A DNA stretch of 64,000 bases from Clostridia bacterium (GCA_017626395.1 JAGAIU010000055.1:21852-85851); one strand, 5' to 3'; shown: positions 46,711 through 58,026, counted from the stretch's first letter. Notes: generated by a model from the sequence alone, not told the origin. Numbers and translations: made by a program.

Positions 46711-46740
46711 AAAAAAATGGAGGTTTTCACCTCCATTTTT
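46711..46740 (-). terminator. terminator of adhesin gene
   Basis: AAAATGGAGGT...ACCTCCATTTT inverted repeat. Confidence 0.75.
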
Positions 46741-46756
46741 ATTTAACTAATTTAAA

Positions 46757-49700
46757 TTAGTTTCTTTTCATTTTTTTTGCTGTTCTAACTATTAATCCTA
46801 GTGATACTAGAGCTACCATTACATATGCAGCTACTGCAATATCTCCAGTTGGAACGTTTGTGAAATCTACTTCATAAACAGCACCATCTTCGTCGATTGT
46901 TACTTCGAATACTGTTGCATCTAATTCGTATCCTTCAGCAGCTTCTGTTTCTTCAACATAGTATACACCATATCTTAAATCTTCAGCTTTGAAGTATCCA
47001 TTTTCATCGCTCATTCCTTCTTCTACTAAATTTCCTAGTTCGTCAGTTATAGCAAATTTACATCCAGGTACTGGTTCTGCTGTTTCAGCATCTGTTTTGT
47101 AAACTACGATTGTTCCTTTTTTGTAAACAACTTCTACTACATCTTCAACTGGTTCGTTTTCTAGATATAGTTCAGTATCTTCTGGAAGTACGTATTGATC
47201 TGCTAAATCTTCAACAACTCTTACATATCTACCAGCTCTTATTCCTTCGAATACAACTGTTCCTTCTTCATCTGTTGCAGCTTCATAAGCTACTTCATTT
47301 GTTTCAGGATCTATTAATAATACTGTAGCATCTTCTACTACAACTTTGTCTTCGTCGATAACTTCTACAGTTAAATCAACTTTTGTACGAACGTCTTGTA
47401 ATACTAATTCAGCTTCTTGAGCTACTGTTGTAACTTCGAATTGATATGCTTTTTCATCTAAATCATAGTATTTAGGAGCAACTGTTTCTCTTACAGCATA
47501 TGTTCCATAAGGAAGTCCTTCTAAAGTTATTTCTCCATTTTCATCTGTTGTACGAACAACTGGTACTTTTTCTCCATCTACTTTTTCTAGTAATGGGAAG
47601 AATTTACCACTGTTACCCATATATAATACTTCGTATTCAGCACCAGCAAGTCTTGTTACTGGAGTAGTTTTTTCAACATCTCCTAAAAGACCACCTAGAA
47701 CACCTTCTGCAAAGTCTTCTATTTTAGAAAGAAGTGAATGTCTTTCTATTTCTGGTAATGAAACTTCTTCAATTTTTGTTAATGTAAATGTAGTTACTTT
47801 TTTAGCTTGATTTACAATTGTTTCAACAGCGATATCAAATACTTTATCTGTAGTATTTGCAGGTACTGCATTGATTTCATATTTTTTATCACTTACAACA
47901 TAGTTTTCATTAGTTTCAAGTTCTTTTGCATAGAATTTACCTGTTGGTAATTCAGAATTTAATGTAGCTTTTCCATTCATATCCATTCTTACAACATCTA
48001 CTAATGTATCTGCAGGGATTTTTACTTCTCCTTTAGCATTTTTGATGTCTTCAGCTGCATATATTCCAACAACAACGTCTAGGTATGCATCTTCTCTAGC
48101 AAGACCCATAACATCATCTTCGTTTTCTCTGTAGAAGCTTAAGTCTTTAAATTCTTTTGTTAATTCTACTTCATAAGCTTGTTTATCTAATGTATAAGCT
48201 TTATTTACTGCATATTCAAGAATGTTTTGTCCTTTATATGTTAGTAATAAATCTTGTTTTTCTGTATTTAATACATATCCTTCTGGAGCAGTTACTTGTT
48301 CAATTGTGTATGAACCTAAGTATAATTTAGCTGTTGCTTGTCCATTAGCATCTGTTGTTAATGTTAATGTTTCACCAGCAGCCATTCTTACTGTTCCATC
48401 TAAAGTTTTGATATCTTCTTTAGCTGTTACTTTATAAACAACTCCAGAGATAACACTTCCACCGAATACTGGACGATTAATTGTTAATTTTCCGTCAGCT
48501 TCGCTAGTAGTTCCTGTTAATATTTGTCCTGTAGTTTTTACAGTTAGGTTTACTTTTTGTGGCATGTTTTTAACAACTGCTACAACCATATCTTTTTCAT
48601 AGTCGCCAACTTCATTAGTTTCAACTTTGAAAGTTCCAGCTACAACATTTTCAGTTGCAGATTGGTTATAATATCCTTCTGGAGCTACAATTTCATAGAT
48701 TTTGTATTCTCCATATGGAAGCATCTCAGGCATTACTAAGAATCCTTGAGCATCTGTTTTGTATGTGTATAAAGTTTCTTCATATGGATACATTACTTTT
48801 TGTACTACTGTTTGGTTGTTTGAATCAACAACTCTAAATTCAGTATTAGCTGCTGGAATTAATTTACCAGTTTCAGCATCTTGTTTTTCTATTTTAATGT
48901 ATCTTTGAGCAACTTCTGTGTTAACTAATTTTGAATAAATATAAGTATCTTCAGAATTAATCAATATTGGCATTGGATCCATATAATCTAATTCTGGTTT
49001 AACTTTTTCTATTTCAGTACAAGTGTATTGACCATAAGGTATATCAGTGAAATCTGCATAACCTTTATCATCAACTACAGTTTCATATGATTGATTTGGA
49101 TCTGAATCTAAAGTCAATTTTAATTTTGAACCTACAGCTGGGTCTTTAGTTGTGCTTCCACTTAAATCACTTACTGAAACAATCATTCTGAATCCACCAT
49201 AGATTACATTGTCTGTAGAAGTAACTGTTGTTACTTTTTGTCCGTTAGCTTCTGTTTTAGCTGCTGAAGCTAAAGCTGTTTTAACTTGTGTATCTATTTT
49301 ACATCCAGCTGGTGCTGTTAATTCTTTTACATAGTAATCTTTTAATTCTAATGGATCAGAAACTGCAACACCTGAAGCATCAGTTGTAACTTCTTGTACT
49401 AATTTTGTACAATTTTGGTCTTCGTATATTCCATATACTGCACCTGCAACTGTTGCATCACCAGTTCTAGAGTTTGTTGCACTAGTTCCTAGTGATTTAG
49501 TTACTTTTACTCTTAAAGCATTAGTATAGAAACTTACATATGTAACAGTATCAACATTTTGTCTGTTAGCTAAGTATACTAATTTTTCTCCAGATGATGT
49601 TTGAACATATTGTGGTACATAGAATCCTCTATTTACAGATTTGTATACAGGGATACAAATAGGTGCTGCTGAAGTTCCTACTTGTTCTGTAGCAAAGAAT

Positions 49701-50521
49701 GTTATTTGAGAACCATTTTTGCTATATTCTATTCCAGAATGTCCATCAACTGTTAAATTGATTCCTGCAACTACGTCAATTGCATTAACATCATTTAATG
49801 TAACTTCATATCTTCCTGTTGCTTCATTCCAAGTCATTTCAACTGGATTAGCATTAGCTTCTGTTTGTGATGCATATGTATATGATGGGTTTGATAAAGC
49901 TTGATTTACAGAATTTCTAATATAATAGTATTCTGATAATGCATTTCCTGATAGGTTAGCATTAACGATAGCATTTTCATCTGCTGTTCCTAAAACTCCA
50001 GCATTAGCCATCCATATGTACATTTGTGTAGCATAAGAAGCACTCTTTAAATAATCTGTGATAGCAGTTTGATCTGCAGCTTGAGCTGAACCTAATGTAG
50101 CATTGCTGAATGCTAAGGCTAGACCAATTCTGTTATCTACGGCACTACCATTTCCAACGCCAACTCCTACAACTTCTTCTCTATTGTTTGAAGCAGTAGC
50201 ATTATAGTTTACACTATATGCATTCCAATATACTCCTCCTGCATTATTCTTTATAGAATAAGAGTAAACTGGGTTTTTAGCTGCACCAAGAACAGAGTCA
50301 TTTGTTCTAAAGCCAGTTGTGAAAAGGTAAACTTCGTTTTCATAAGCACTTGCTGATGGTTCGTCCCCATCTTCTATAGCTGCAAGTTGAGAAGCTATAA
50401 TTGTGCTTATTTTGATTTGTTCTTTGTTAGGCATTGTAGCTGCTTTTACATTAGTAGTAACCATTGATACAGCTACCATTAATACGAAAGCAAATACATA
50501 TCTAAGCTTACTTATTTTCAT
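46757..50521 (-). CDS. sortase-anchored surface adhesin with SpaA/Cna-B-like repeats and TED-like N-domain
   Basis: Signal peptide, repeated K.D.ETG...GA.F/YG.Y...E..AP.GY, VPTGD + TM + basic tail. Confidence 0.88.
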   Translation of the reverse strand: MKISKLRYVFAFVLMVAVSMVTTNVKAATMPNKEQIKISTIIASQLAAIEDGDEPSASAYENEVYLFTTGFRTNDSVLGAAKNPVYSYSIKNNAGGVYWNAYSVNYNATASNNREEVVGVGVGNGSAVDNRIGLALAFSNATLGSAQAADQTAITDYLKSASYATQMYIWMANAGVLGTADENAIVNANLSGNALSEYYYIRNSVNQALSNPSYTYASQTEANANPVEMTWNEATGRYEVTLNDVNAIDVVAGINLTVDGHSGIEYSKNGSQITFFATEQVGTSAAPICIPVYKSVNRGFYVPQYVQTSSGEKLVYLANRQNVDTVTYVSFYTNALRVKVTKSLGTSATNSRTGDATVAGAVYGIYEDQNCTKLVQEVTTDASGVAVSDPLELKDYYVKELTAPAGCKIDTQVKTALASAAKTEANGQKVTTVTSTDNVIYGGFRMIVSVSDLSGSTTKDPAVGSKLKLTLDSDPNQSYETVVDDKGYADFTDIPYGQYTCTEIEKVKPELDYMDPMPILINSEDTYIYSKLVNTEVAQRYIKIEKQDAETGKLIPAANTEFRVVDSNNQTVVQKVMYPYEETLYTYKTDAQGFLVMPEMLPYGEYKIYEIVAPEGYYNQSATENVVAGTFKVETNEVGDYEKDMVVAVVKNMPQKVNLTVKTTGQILTGTTSEADGKLTINRPVFGGSVISGVVYKVTAKEDIKTLDGTVRMAAGETLTLTTDANGQATAKLYLGSYTIEQVTAPEGYVLNTEKQDLLLTYKGQNILEYAVNKAYTLDKQAYEVELTKEFKDLSFYRENEDDVMGLAREDAYLDVVVGIYAAEDIKNAKGEVKIPADTLVDVVRMDMNGKATLNSELPTGKFYAKELETNENYVVSDKKYEINAVPANTTDKVFDIAVETIVNQAKKVTTFTLTKIEEVSLPEIERHSLLSKIEDFAEGVLGGLLGDVEKTTPVTRLAGAEYEVLYMGNSGKFFPLLEKVDGEKVPVVRTTDENGEITLEGLPYGTYAVRETVAPKYYDLDEKAYQFEVTTVAQEAELVLQDVRTKVDLTVEVIDEDKVVVEDATVLLIDPETNEVAYEAATDEEGTVVFEGIRAGRYVRVVEDLADQYVLPEDTELYLENEPVEDVVEVVYKKGTIVVYKTDAETAEPVPGCKFAITDELGNLVEEGMSDENGYFKAEDLRYGVYYVEETEAAEGYELDATVFEVTIDEDGAVYEVDFTNVPTGDIAVAAYVMVALVSLGLIVRTAKKMKRN

Positions 50522-50581
50522 ATATCCTCTCCCTCTCTCCTTTTATTTTTCTCCCAAAAAATAAATTTTATTTTTATTTTC

Positions 50582-50619
50582 TGATATTAAAATAATATCA
50601 TTAAGATTTTTTATTTTCA
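50582..50619 (-). promoter_or_regulatory. promoter with overlapping palindrome
   Basis: TTGAAA-N17-TATTAT; TGATATTA-N3-TAATATCA (50582-50600) covers -10/+1. Confidence 0.45.
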
Positions 50620-50709
50620 ACAACAAGTTTTTAAAATTTTACTTTTTTATTTATTTTGTGACATAATATTACATTTAAATTTCAACAGTATTTCACACAA
50701 GTTGCAAGT

Positions 50710-50738
50710 AAAAAAATACCCCTATTTCTAGGGGCATT
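50710..50738 (-). terminator. terminator between adhesin genes
   Basis: ATGCCCCTA-GAAA-TAGGGGTAT plus T-tract. Confidence 0.8.
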
Positions 50739-50744
50739 CTAAAA

Positions 50745-53700
50745 CTATTTATCTTTGTCTATTTTTTCTCTTATTAAATCTCTTTTAGTATAAACTATAT
50801 ATACAATTCCAGTTATACTTGCTATTAAAACTATTGAGAATAACATTACATTTATATCTGATGTATTTACTCTAAGTTCGTTGCTAACATTTATTTGTTC
50901 AATTTCTTCATCTACTACTATTCTATGTGGAGTTGTATCTAAGATATATTCTTCTGGTGCACTTATTTCTGTATATGTATAAGTGCCATACGGGATATTT
51001 TCAAAATAATATTCACCATTTTCATCTGTAGTACCTTTTACTACAAAATCTATTTCCTCACTTTTAAGTTCAAATGTACAGTTTGGTATTTTGTTTCCAC
51101 CAAGTAAATCTGTTTTGTTTATTTTTACAGTCGCACTCTTTCTTAAGTTTTCTACTGTTGTAATAGTTGGTGTTAAATCTTCGTTTATACTAAATTCATG
51201 TTTATCTGTATTTAGTTCATATATATCTGGTGCTGTCAGTTCTTGATAATAATATTTCTTTCCAACTTCTAATAAATCTATTGGAATATAAAAATCTCCA
51301 TTCTCATCTGTTGTACTTGTGTAGATAACTGTATCTGTGTCGTTAGTTATTTCAAAAGTACAATCTGGTATAACTTGCGAATTAAAAGCATCCGTTTTTG
51401 TAAATAATTTAATTTCTATAAGCTTATTTGTAGCTTCTACTTCTAAAGGTGTTTCTATATGATCTTCTGTTATATCAAATTCATAAAGTGTATCATCTAG
51501 TTCATATCCTGTTGGAGCTACTATTTCTTGATAATAATATTTTCCAAATGGTAAATCTTCAACTAAAAATGTTCCATCTGCATCTGTAGTATATTCTGCT
51601 GCACCTTCATCTGTAAATAATTCTTTTGCTACTCCATTGTCATCATAGTATAATTTAAATTTAGCTCCACTTAGTGCATGTTTTTTTGCATCATAGCCAG
51701 TAAATATATCTGTTACTCTTTCAATAATATTTCTTGGTTCTTCAGAATATTTATATAATCTAAATTTACCTAAGCTACCTAATCTATTTTCTACTGTCCT
51801 TAATAAATTAACTGTATTTACTGGTGTTGAATTATCTTCTGTAACAAAACTGAAATCATAATTATTTTCATTTAGTACATAGTTTCTATTTGTTTGTATT
51901 TCTTTTACATAGTATTCACCTAATGGTAAATCATAATTTTCTGTGCTACTTCCTTCATCTGTAATATATAGTTTATCTACTAATGTATCTTTAGGAATAA
52001 TTGTCTCTCCTTTGTAGTTAGTTAAATCTTCTTTTGAATATACACCTAGCACAACATCTTTATATGCATTATCTAGTACTGTCTTAAATTTTGACTCTTG
52101 CATATTCTTTCTAAGTTTTAATTTTACCTTTTGTCTAACATTGGTATAATCCATATCATTTTCGTATCTTTCTATCTCTTGACCTTTATATTCAAGTACA
52201 AAAGATATCTCTTCACTTTGAATTATATATCCAGGTATTGTTTTACTTTCTCTTATTGTATATTTACCCAAATATAAATCTTGAGATTTCCCAATACCAT
52301 CTTCTCCAGTAACAAAAGTTACTGTTTCTCCTGCTTTCATTCTAACAGTTCCATCAGGTGTTATTATATCTTCCGCTGCTTCAATTGTATATTCAACACC
52401 TTCTAAGCCTCTTTCTTCATATACTGGTCTTGTCATATCATCTTCTTGAACTGAGTCTGTAAACATATCTCCTTTTTTAAATATTGCTACACAAGCAACT
52501 TGTGGCTTATTTGGAAATTCTACTGAAACTATTTGTTGTTGCACAGGATTTTCTGGTGTAGTTGCTTCTATTACAAATGACATTCTAGTTTGACTTCTTG
52601 CATATCCATAAGGTGCTACTACCTCTTCTAATTCATACTCTCCTGGTATTAACCCGTCTGGTAACACAAGAGTTCCATCACTAGTAGTTACAAATTCTTC
52701 TATCTCTGTTGGTGTTGGATAATTATATGTTTGTTTTATATATTGTTTAGTAGCTACATCCCATACTTTAAATGTAGCACCTGATACTGGTATAGATTTT
52801 CCTGTTTCAGCATCTGTTTTTACGATTTTTAGCTTTCTTTCATATCTTGCATCTTGAAAAATATAATGCAACTTTTGATTGTCATAGGCTATATATACAG
52901 CTTGTGGTTCCATTATATCTACAAACTCTAAACTTTTAGTTTCAGTTATTGTGTACCAACCATATGGAATATCTATAAACTCTGCATATCCTATATCATT
53001 TACAACTGATGTATATTTAACACTAGGGTTAGAGTTCAAGCTTAAAGTAAGTTCTACACCAGTCGCCGGGTCTTTAGTTGTACTTCCTACACCTGTATTA
53101 GTATTATTTTCTTTATATTTAACTATGTATATGTCTCCTTTTTCTACCAGATCTTTTGAAGTAATACTATGATATGAAAATTCATCATTTTGATTAGCCG
53201 GATTTTGTGTTACGGGGTACACATTTTCATCTATTAAATATCCCTCTGGTCTTTTGGTTTCTTTTATATAATACGTGCCAACTAAATACCAACCACTTAT
53301 ACCTGAATATGTTCCGTCATCTTGTTTTTGTATAGTTATTGTTTCTATTGCATCAGTACACTCGCTATCTCTATATAATGTATATTGTGCACCTTCAAGA
53401 TGTGCATCTCCCTGCACTGCAGTTCCTGTTTCAATATCTTCTTTGAAAACTTTTATTTGCATTTTTTTAGCTACATTTTCTTTTGTATAAGTATATGCTT
53501 CTCTTTCAGAAGCATCTTGCTCTATAAACACATCAAAATTATCTATTTTAAGTGCTGTATCTGGAACTACTATTTCTTCTATCTCATATGTTCCATAAGG
53601 TAAATCTTCTATCACACAATATCCACTTTCATCTGTAACAGTTGAATAATATACCTTCTTTCTATCACTTTTTAAAGTAGCACTAAATTTAGCACCTGCT

Positions 53701-55232
53701 AAATTTGTCTGTGGAGTAGAATCTGTTTTTTGAAGTTTCTTTATTATCTCAATATCATTTATTTTTACTTGTTCCGTTGCTGTATGTGTTGTTTCTATAA
53801 ATTCTATATCTTGCCCTGCATATTCAATAGTAAAGTCGCTTTCATTTGTATTTAATAAATAACCTTCCGAAGGAGTGACTTCTTTATACATATAATTACC
53901 TAGTGGTAAATCTACGTAGTTAGATATTCCGTCATCTCCTGTAGTGCATATTCCTACTTCTTGACCATCACTATATATTAGTGTAGCACCTGTTGGTGAG
54001 TATATCTCTCCTCTTGCATAAATTTTATATACCGCACCACTTAGTTTAGCATCGCCTTGTGGTGTTGAACCAGTTAAGGCATCTTCCTTCTTTATTTTAA
54101 TTCTACCTTTAGCACTTCTGTTCACTTTACTTGTACTAACTGTTATACCTGTTACTATATTTTGTGTCATGTCTGTTCTATCGTTATAATAACCATCTGA
54201 TGCATTAGTTTCAGACACTATATATGTTCCAGCGGGTAATCCATTAAATGTTGCAATACCATTTTCGTCTGTAACTTCGGTCACACTATTAGAACCTTTT
54301 ACTACCCTAAATGTAGTTCCAGATATAGGGTTACCATACTCATCTTCTTTTTTTACTTCCATATTACCTATAGCTCTTATACCATTAGCAAGTGCCATTC
54401 TAGAAGAAGCTGATGTAGGTGTTACAGAATATTCAGAAGATATAAGTGATTGTGATACTACCCCTATTGAATTATATCCTGTTGTTGTATTAAACATATT
54501 TCCTTTAGCATTAGCTGTCAAATCTATTTCATTTATATCTGTCGTAATTGCTTCAAGTGGAATTCTAACTTGAAATGTAGTATCTGCTACAAGATTTGTT
54601 GTTTGTATTGGATTTCCCCATACATCAGATATAAAGGAACCAGCAGGAAGACTTGCAAGATTTATATCATAAGAGTCTGTATTTGCTCCTCTACTTACAG
54701 TAATTGGATTAGATACATAGTACATTCCTTGTATTTCAAATGTTAAATTATTTGTAGATAAATTAGGACTAGCAGTTGCTCCTGTATAAGAAGCTGCTGC
54801 ATAATATAAATTTTTAGCAGCTTGAACGCATCCCGGATCTCCTGCATATAGATTTTCTATATTAATTTGACCTAGTAATGCCCAAATAACTGCCTGCCTT
54901 ATTTGGAAGTTTGCTGCAACATTAGATGTATATCCATGATCTGCTGCAAGTGCATACCCTATTCTCGGATCATTATACGGATAAGCTGAATATTCTGTTT
55001 TCTTAACAGGTACAGCCATTTCTATACAATATGCCATTGCACCATCCATAGTATAGTAATATAATGCAGGACGTCCATATACAGCATCATGCTCTGGTAT
55101 ACCTACGTATAATGTATCAAATTTAGCAGCACCAGAAGTTAATGCTATTATTTTATTTGAGCTTGTAAATACTATTACTAGTACTGCTATTACAGCTATA
55201 TATAATTTTTTTATCTTTATTAACTTTTTCAT
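50745..55232 (-). CDS. sortase-anchored adhesin with Cys-Gln thioester domain and SpaA-like repeats
   Basis: AYCIE and RQAVIW motifs, many isopeptide-type repeats, VNTSD + TM + charged tail; start ATG 55232 with GGAGG SD. Confidence 0.88.
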   Translation of the reverse strand: MKKLIKIKKLYIAVIAVLVIVFTSSNKIIALTSGAAKFDTLYVGIPEHDAVYGRPALYYYTMDGAMAYCIEMAVPVKKTEYSAYPYNDPRIGYALAADHGYTSNVAANFQIRQAVIWALLGQINIENLYAGDPGCVQAAKNLYYAAASYTGATASPNLSTNNLTFEIQGMYYVSNPITVSRGANTDSYDINLASLPAGSFISDVWGNPIQTTNLVADTTFQVRIPLEAITTDINEIDLTANAKGNMFNTTTGYNSIGVVSQSLISSEYSVTPTSASSRMALANGIRAIGNMEVKKEDEYGNPISGTTFRVVKGSNSVTEVTDENGIATFNGLPAGTYIVSETNASDGYYNDRTDMTQNIVTGITVSTSKVNRSAKGRIKIKKEDALTGSTPQGDAKLSGAVYKIYARGEIYSPTGATLIYSDGQEVGICTTGDDGISNYVDLPLGNYMYKEVTPSEGYLLNTNESDFTIEYAGQDIEFIETTHTATEQVKINDIEIIKKLQKTDSTPQTNLAGAKFSATLKSDRKKVYYSTVTDESGYCVIEDLPYGTYEIEEIVVPDTALKIDNFDVFIEQDASEREAYTYTKENVAKKMQIKVFKEDIETGTAVQGDAHLEGAQYTLYRDSECTDAIETITIQKQDDGTYSGISGWYLVGTYYIKETKRPEGYLIDENVYPVTQNPANQNDEFSYHSITSKDLVEKGDIYIVKYKENNTNTGVGSTTKDPATGVELTLSLNSNPSVKYTSVVNDIGYAEFIDIPYGWYTITETKSLEFVDIMEPQAVYIAYDNQKLHYIFQDARYERKLKIVKTDAETGKSIPVSGATFKVWDVATKQYIKQTYNYPTPTEIEEFVTTSDGTLVLPDGLIPGEYELEEVVAPYGYARSQTRMSFVIEATTPENPVQQQIVSVEFPNKPQVACVAIFKKGDMFTDSVQEDDMTRPVYEERGLEGVEYTIEAAEDIITPDGTVRMKAGETVTFVTGEDGIGKSQDLYLGKYTIRESKTIPGYIIQSEEISFVLEYKGQEIERYENDMDYTNVRQKVKLKLRKNMQESKFKTVLDNAYKDVVLGVYSKEDLTNYKGETIIPKDTLVDKLYITDEGSSTENYDLPLGEYYVKEIQTNRNYVLNENNYDFSFVTEDNSTPVNTVNLLRTVENRLGSLGKFRLYKYSEEPRNIIERVTDIFTGYDAKKHALSGAKFKLYYDDNGVAKELFTDEGAAEYTTDADGTFLVEDLPFGKYYYQEIVAPTGYELDDTLYEFDITEDHIETPLEVEATNKLIEIKLFTKTDAFNSQVIPDCTFEITNDTDTVIYTSTTDENGDFYIPIDLLEVGKKYYYQELTAPDIYELNTDKHEFSINEDLTPTITTVENLRKSATVKINKTDLLGGNKIPNCTFELKSEEIDFVVKGTTDENGEYYFENIPYGTYTYTEISAPEEYILDTTPHRIVVDEEIEQINVSNELRVNTSDINVMLFSIVLIASITGIVYIVYTKRDLIREKIDKDK

Positions 55233-55370
55233 ATTATCCTCCACAAAAGAATTATTTGTTCTTTATTATCTTTTGGAAAACAGAAAAAAATATACAAGAT
55301 TTTTTTAACAAATTTTAGTAATTTGACTTTTCAATTATATTTCTATATAATATCTGCGAAGGTGATTTTT

Positions 55371-56168
55371 ATGAATACATTTTATTTAATTTTTTTGTAT
55401 TTTTTCATATACAGTGTATTAGGCTGGATAGTCGAAACTTTATACTGCAGAGTAAAAGGGGGTAAATGGACAAATAGAGGTTTCTTGTTTGGCCCTTATT
55501 GTCCAATATACGGCTTCGGTGCTTTAATTGTAATTTACTTTTTGAATTATTTCACTGCTTCACCTATCAAAGTATTCTTTTATGGTATGATATTTACTAC
55601 CGCTTTAGAATATCTAACTAGTTTCCTTTTAGAAAAAATGTTTAATGCTAAATGGTGGGACTATTCAAGTATGAAATTTAATATAAATGGTAGAGTGTGT
55701 CTTTTAAACTCTCTAGAATTCGCGACATTAGGAATGTTACTAACTTATATAATTCATCCAAATGTTTCTGAATTTGTATTAAAATTTCCAGAGCTGTTAA
55801 GACAAATGATATCTACTTCTTTACTTTTAATAATGACTATAGATGCTTGTTCAACCGTAGCTTCGTTATTAAATTTAAAAGAAAAACTTGCTATACTTGA
55901 AGATTTTCGTGAGAAGATTAAAGCTAAAAATCCTTTTCCACAAAAAATTTCAGATTTTTATCTATATAAAGAATTAAGTGAACTGAGAAGAAACTTAATT
56001 TCTAAAAGAAACTTTCAAATCGAGAGAATACTTGAAGCATTCCCTAACTTTGAATTTAAAGATTTAAAAACTCAACTTGATGAATTTAAGTTAGACTTAC
56101 ACTTATTCAAACAAGATCTAAAGAAACAACGTGTAGAAAGAAAAGCTAATAAGAAAATAAAAAAATAA
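55371..56168 (+). CDS. putative ABC-transporter permease-like membrane protein (DUF1113/CmpB family)
   Basis: YSVLGWIVET, NRGFLFGPYCPIYGFG, WWDYS..KFNINGRVCL; promoter TTGACT-N17-TATAAT at 55323-55351. Confidence 0.85.
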   Translation: MNTFYLIFLYFFIYSVLGWIVETLYCRVKGGKWTNRGFLFGPYCPIYGFGALIVIYFLNYFTASPIKVFFYGMIFTTALEYLTSFLLEKMFNAKWWDYSSMKFNINGRVCLLNSLEFATLGMLLTYIIHPNVSEFVLKFPELLRQMISTSLLLIMTIDACSTVASLLNLKEKLAILEDFREKIKAKNPFPQKISDFYLYKELSELRRNLISKRNFQIERILEAFPNFEFKDLKTQLDEFKLDLHLFKQDLKKQRVERKANKKIKK

Positions 56169-56180
56169 AGCCAAATGGCT

Positions 56181-58025
56181 TTATTTTTTTATTCTAAATA
56201 TTCTTAGTGCATTAAATATTGCAAGTATTGTTATACCAACATCTGCAAATACTGCTAGCCACATTGATGTTATTCCCAATACACTACAAACTAAAAATGC
56301 TATTTTAGTTAGTAGTATGATTACAATATTTTGATTTACTATTCTTTTTGTTCTTTTTGAAATGTCTATTGCTTCTATTATTTTTTCAGGTTCATCTGTC
56401 ATTAATATAATATCAGCTGTCTCTACTGCAATATCTGAACCTTTTCCCATAGCAATACCAACATCTGCCATAGCTATTACTGGTCCATCATTTATACCAT
56501 CTCCAACAAATGAAACATTATTGCCGATATTTTTAGCATCTTCAATTATCCTTACTTTGTCTTGTGGAAGTAGTTCATAATACATATTATCTACACCTAT
56601 TTCATTTGCAACTTTCTGAGCTGCTATTCTTCTATCTCCTGTTAGTATAACAACTTCTTTTACACCTCTTTTGTGTAAATTTTTAACAAGGTTTTTTGCA
56701 CCTTCTTTTGTAGTATCTGCTAAAGTTATATATCCTTTATATTCACCATCTATTGCTAAATATACACTAGCTCCTCTAGTTTCTTCTTTTTCTAAAACTA
56801 TATTATTATTGTTTAGTAATTTATAATTACCACAAATAACTTCTTTTCCATCTATTGTAGCTTTTATTCCATAACCAGATACTTCTTCATGACTAGTTAT
56901 TCTTTTTTCATCTATTTTAGCACCATACTTCTCTAATATAGAAGTTGCAATAACATGATTAGATTTAGATTCTGCAACTGCTACATATTCTAAAATTTGT
57001 GTCATTGTATAGTCTGATACACTCTTAATATTATCTACTTTAAATTTACCATCTGTTAAAGTTCCTGTTTTATCCAAATATATACTATCTATATTTGCAA
57101 GTTTATCTAGATACACTGTACCTTTAGCAAGTATTCCTCTTTTACTTGCAGCTCCCATTCCAACAAAAAATCCAAGAGGAATAGAAATAACTAGAGCACA
57201 AGGACAAGATATTACCAAGAAATTCAAAGCTCTATATACTGCCTCTTTAAGCTCTACATTTAATATAACTGGTAATAATATAGCTATTAAAATTACAACT
57301 GGTGTATATATTTTACAGAATTTAGAAATATATTTTTCAGTTTTAGATTTATTTTTACTTGCATTATTTACAAGCTCTATTATTTTAGATACTGCACTAT
57401 CTTTTTCCTCACGTATAACTTCAAGATATATTGCACTACCTACATTTATACTTCCAGCAAGTATTTCTTGCCCTTTATTTATATCTACATACATACTTTC
57501 ACCATTTAATGCAGACATATCCAGTTGTGCTACTTTATCTTGCAATATACAATCTAATGGAACTCTATCTCCTGTTTTAACTAATATTATATCTCCTACT
57601 TTAACATCTTCTGTATGTACTTTTTTTCCATCTTTTAATGTAGTTTCATTAATTTTTAAGTCTAATACTTTCTTTATTTTATCTTTAGATGAATCTACTG
57701 CTTTATCTTGTAATAGCTCACCTATTTTATATAATACAAGTACTGCTATACCTTCTGTGTACTCTCCTATTATAATGGCACCTATAGTTGCTATAGTCAT
57801 TATTAAATTTTCATCAAACATATCTTTTCCAAAAAGATGTTTAACCGCTTTTAAAATAATATCGTAACCTATTAGTATGTATGCTAATATAAATAAATAT
57901 TTAGCCATTTCAAATTTGCTAGATAAGAAAAAAGCAAGAATAGTAATTGTTATACCTATTACCATTAATATTTTATTTGTTTTACTTAATCCTTCTTCTC
58001 CATGCTCGTGATGATGTTCATGCAT
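56181..58025 (-). CDS. cadA: heavy-metal (Zn/Cd) P1B-type ATPase
   Basis: His-rich N-terminus, SCPCAL, DKTGTLT, VGDGIND, AVFADVG. Confidence 0.92.
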   Translation of the reverse strand: MHEHHHEHGEEGLSKTNKILMVIGITITILAFFLSSKFEMAKYLFILAYILIGYDIILKAVKHLFGKDMFDENLIMTIATIGAIIIGEYTEGIAVLVLYKIGELLQDKAVDSSKDKIKKVLDLKINETTLKDGKKVHTEDVKVGDIILVKTGDRVPLDCILQDKVAQLDMSALNGESMYVDINKGQEILAGSINVGSAIYLEVIREEKDSAVSKIIELVNNASKNKSKTEKYISKFCKIYTPVVILIAILLPVILNVELKEAVYRALNFLVISCPCALVISIPLGFFVGMGAASKRGILAKGTVYLDKLANIDSIYLDKTGTLTDGKFKVDNIKSVSDYTMTQILEYVAVAESKSNHVIATSILEKYGAKIDEKRITSHEEVSGYGIKATIDGKEVICGNYKLLNNNNIVLEKEETRGASVYLAIDGEYKGYITLADTTKEGAKNLVKNLHKRGVKEVVILTGDRRIAAQKVANEIGVDNMYYELLPQDKVRIIEDAKNIGNNVSFVGDGINDGPVIAMADVGIAMGKGSDIAVETADIILMTDEPEKIIEAIDISKRTKRIVNQNIVIILLTKIAFLVCSVLGITSMWLAVFADVGITILAIFNALRIFRIKK

Positions 58026-58026
58026 T

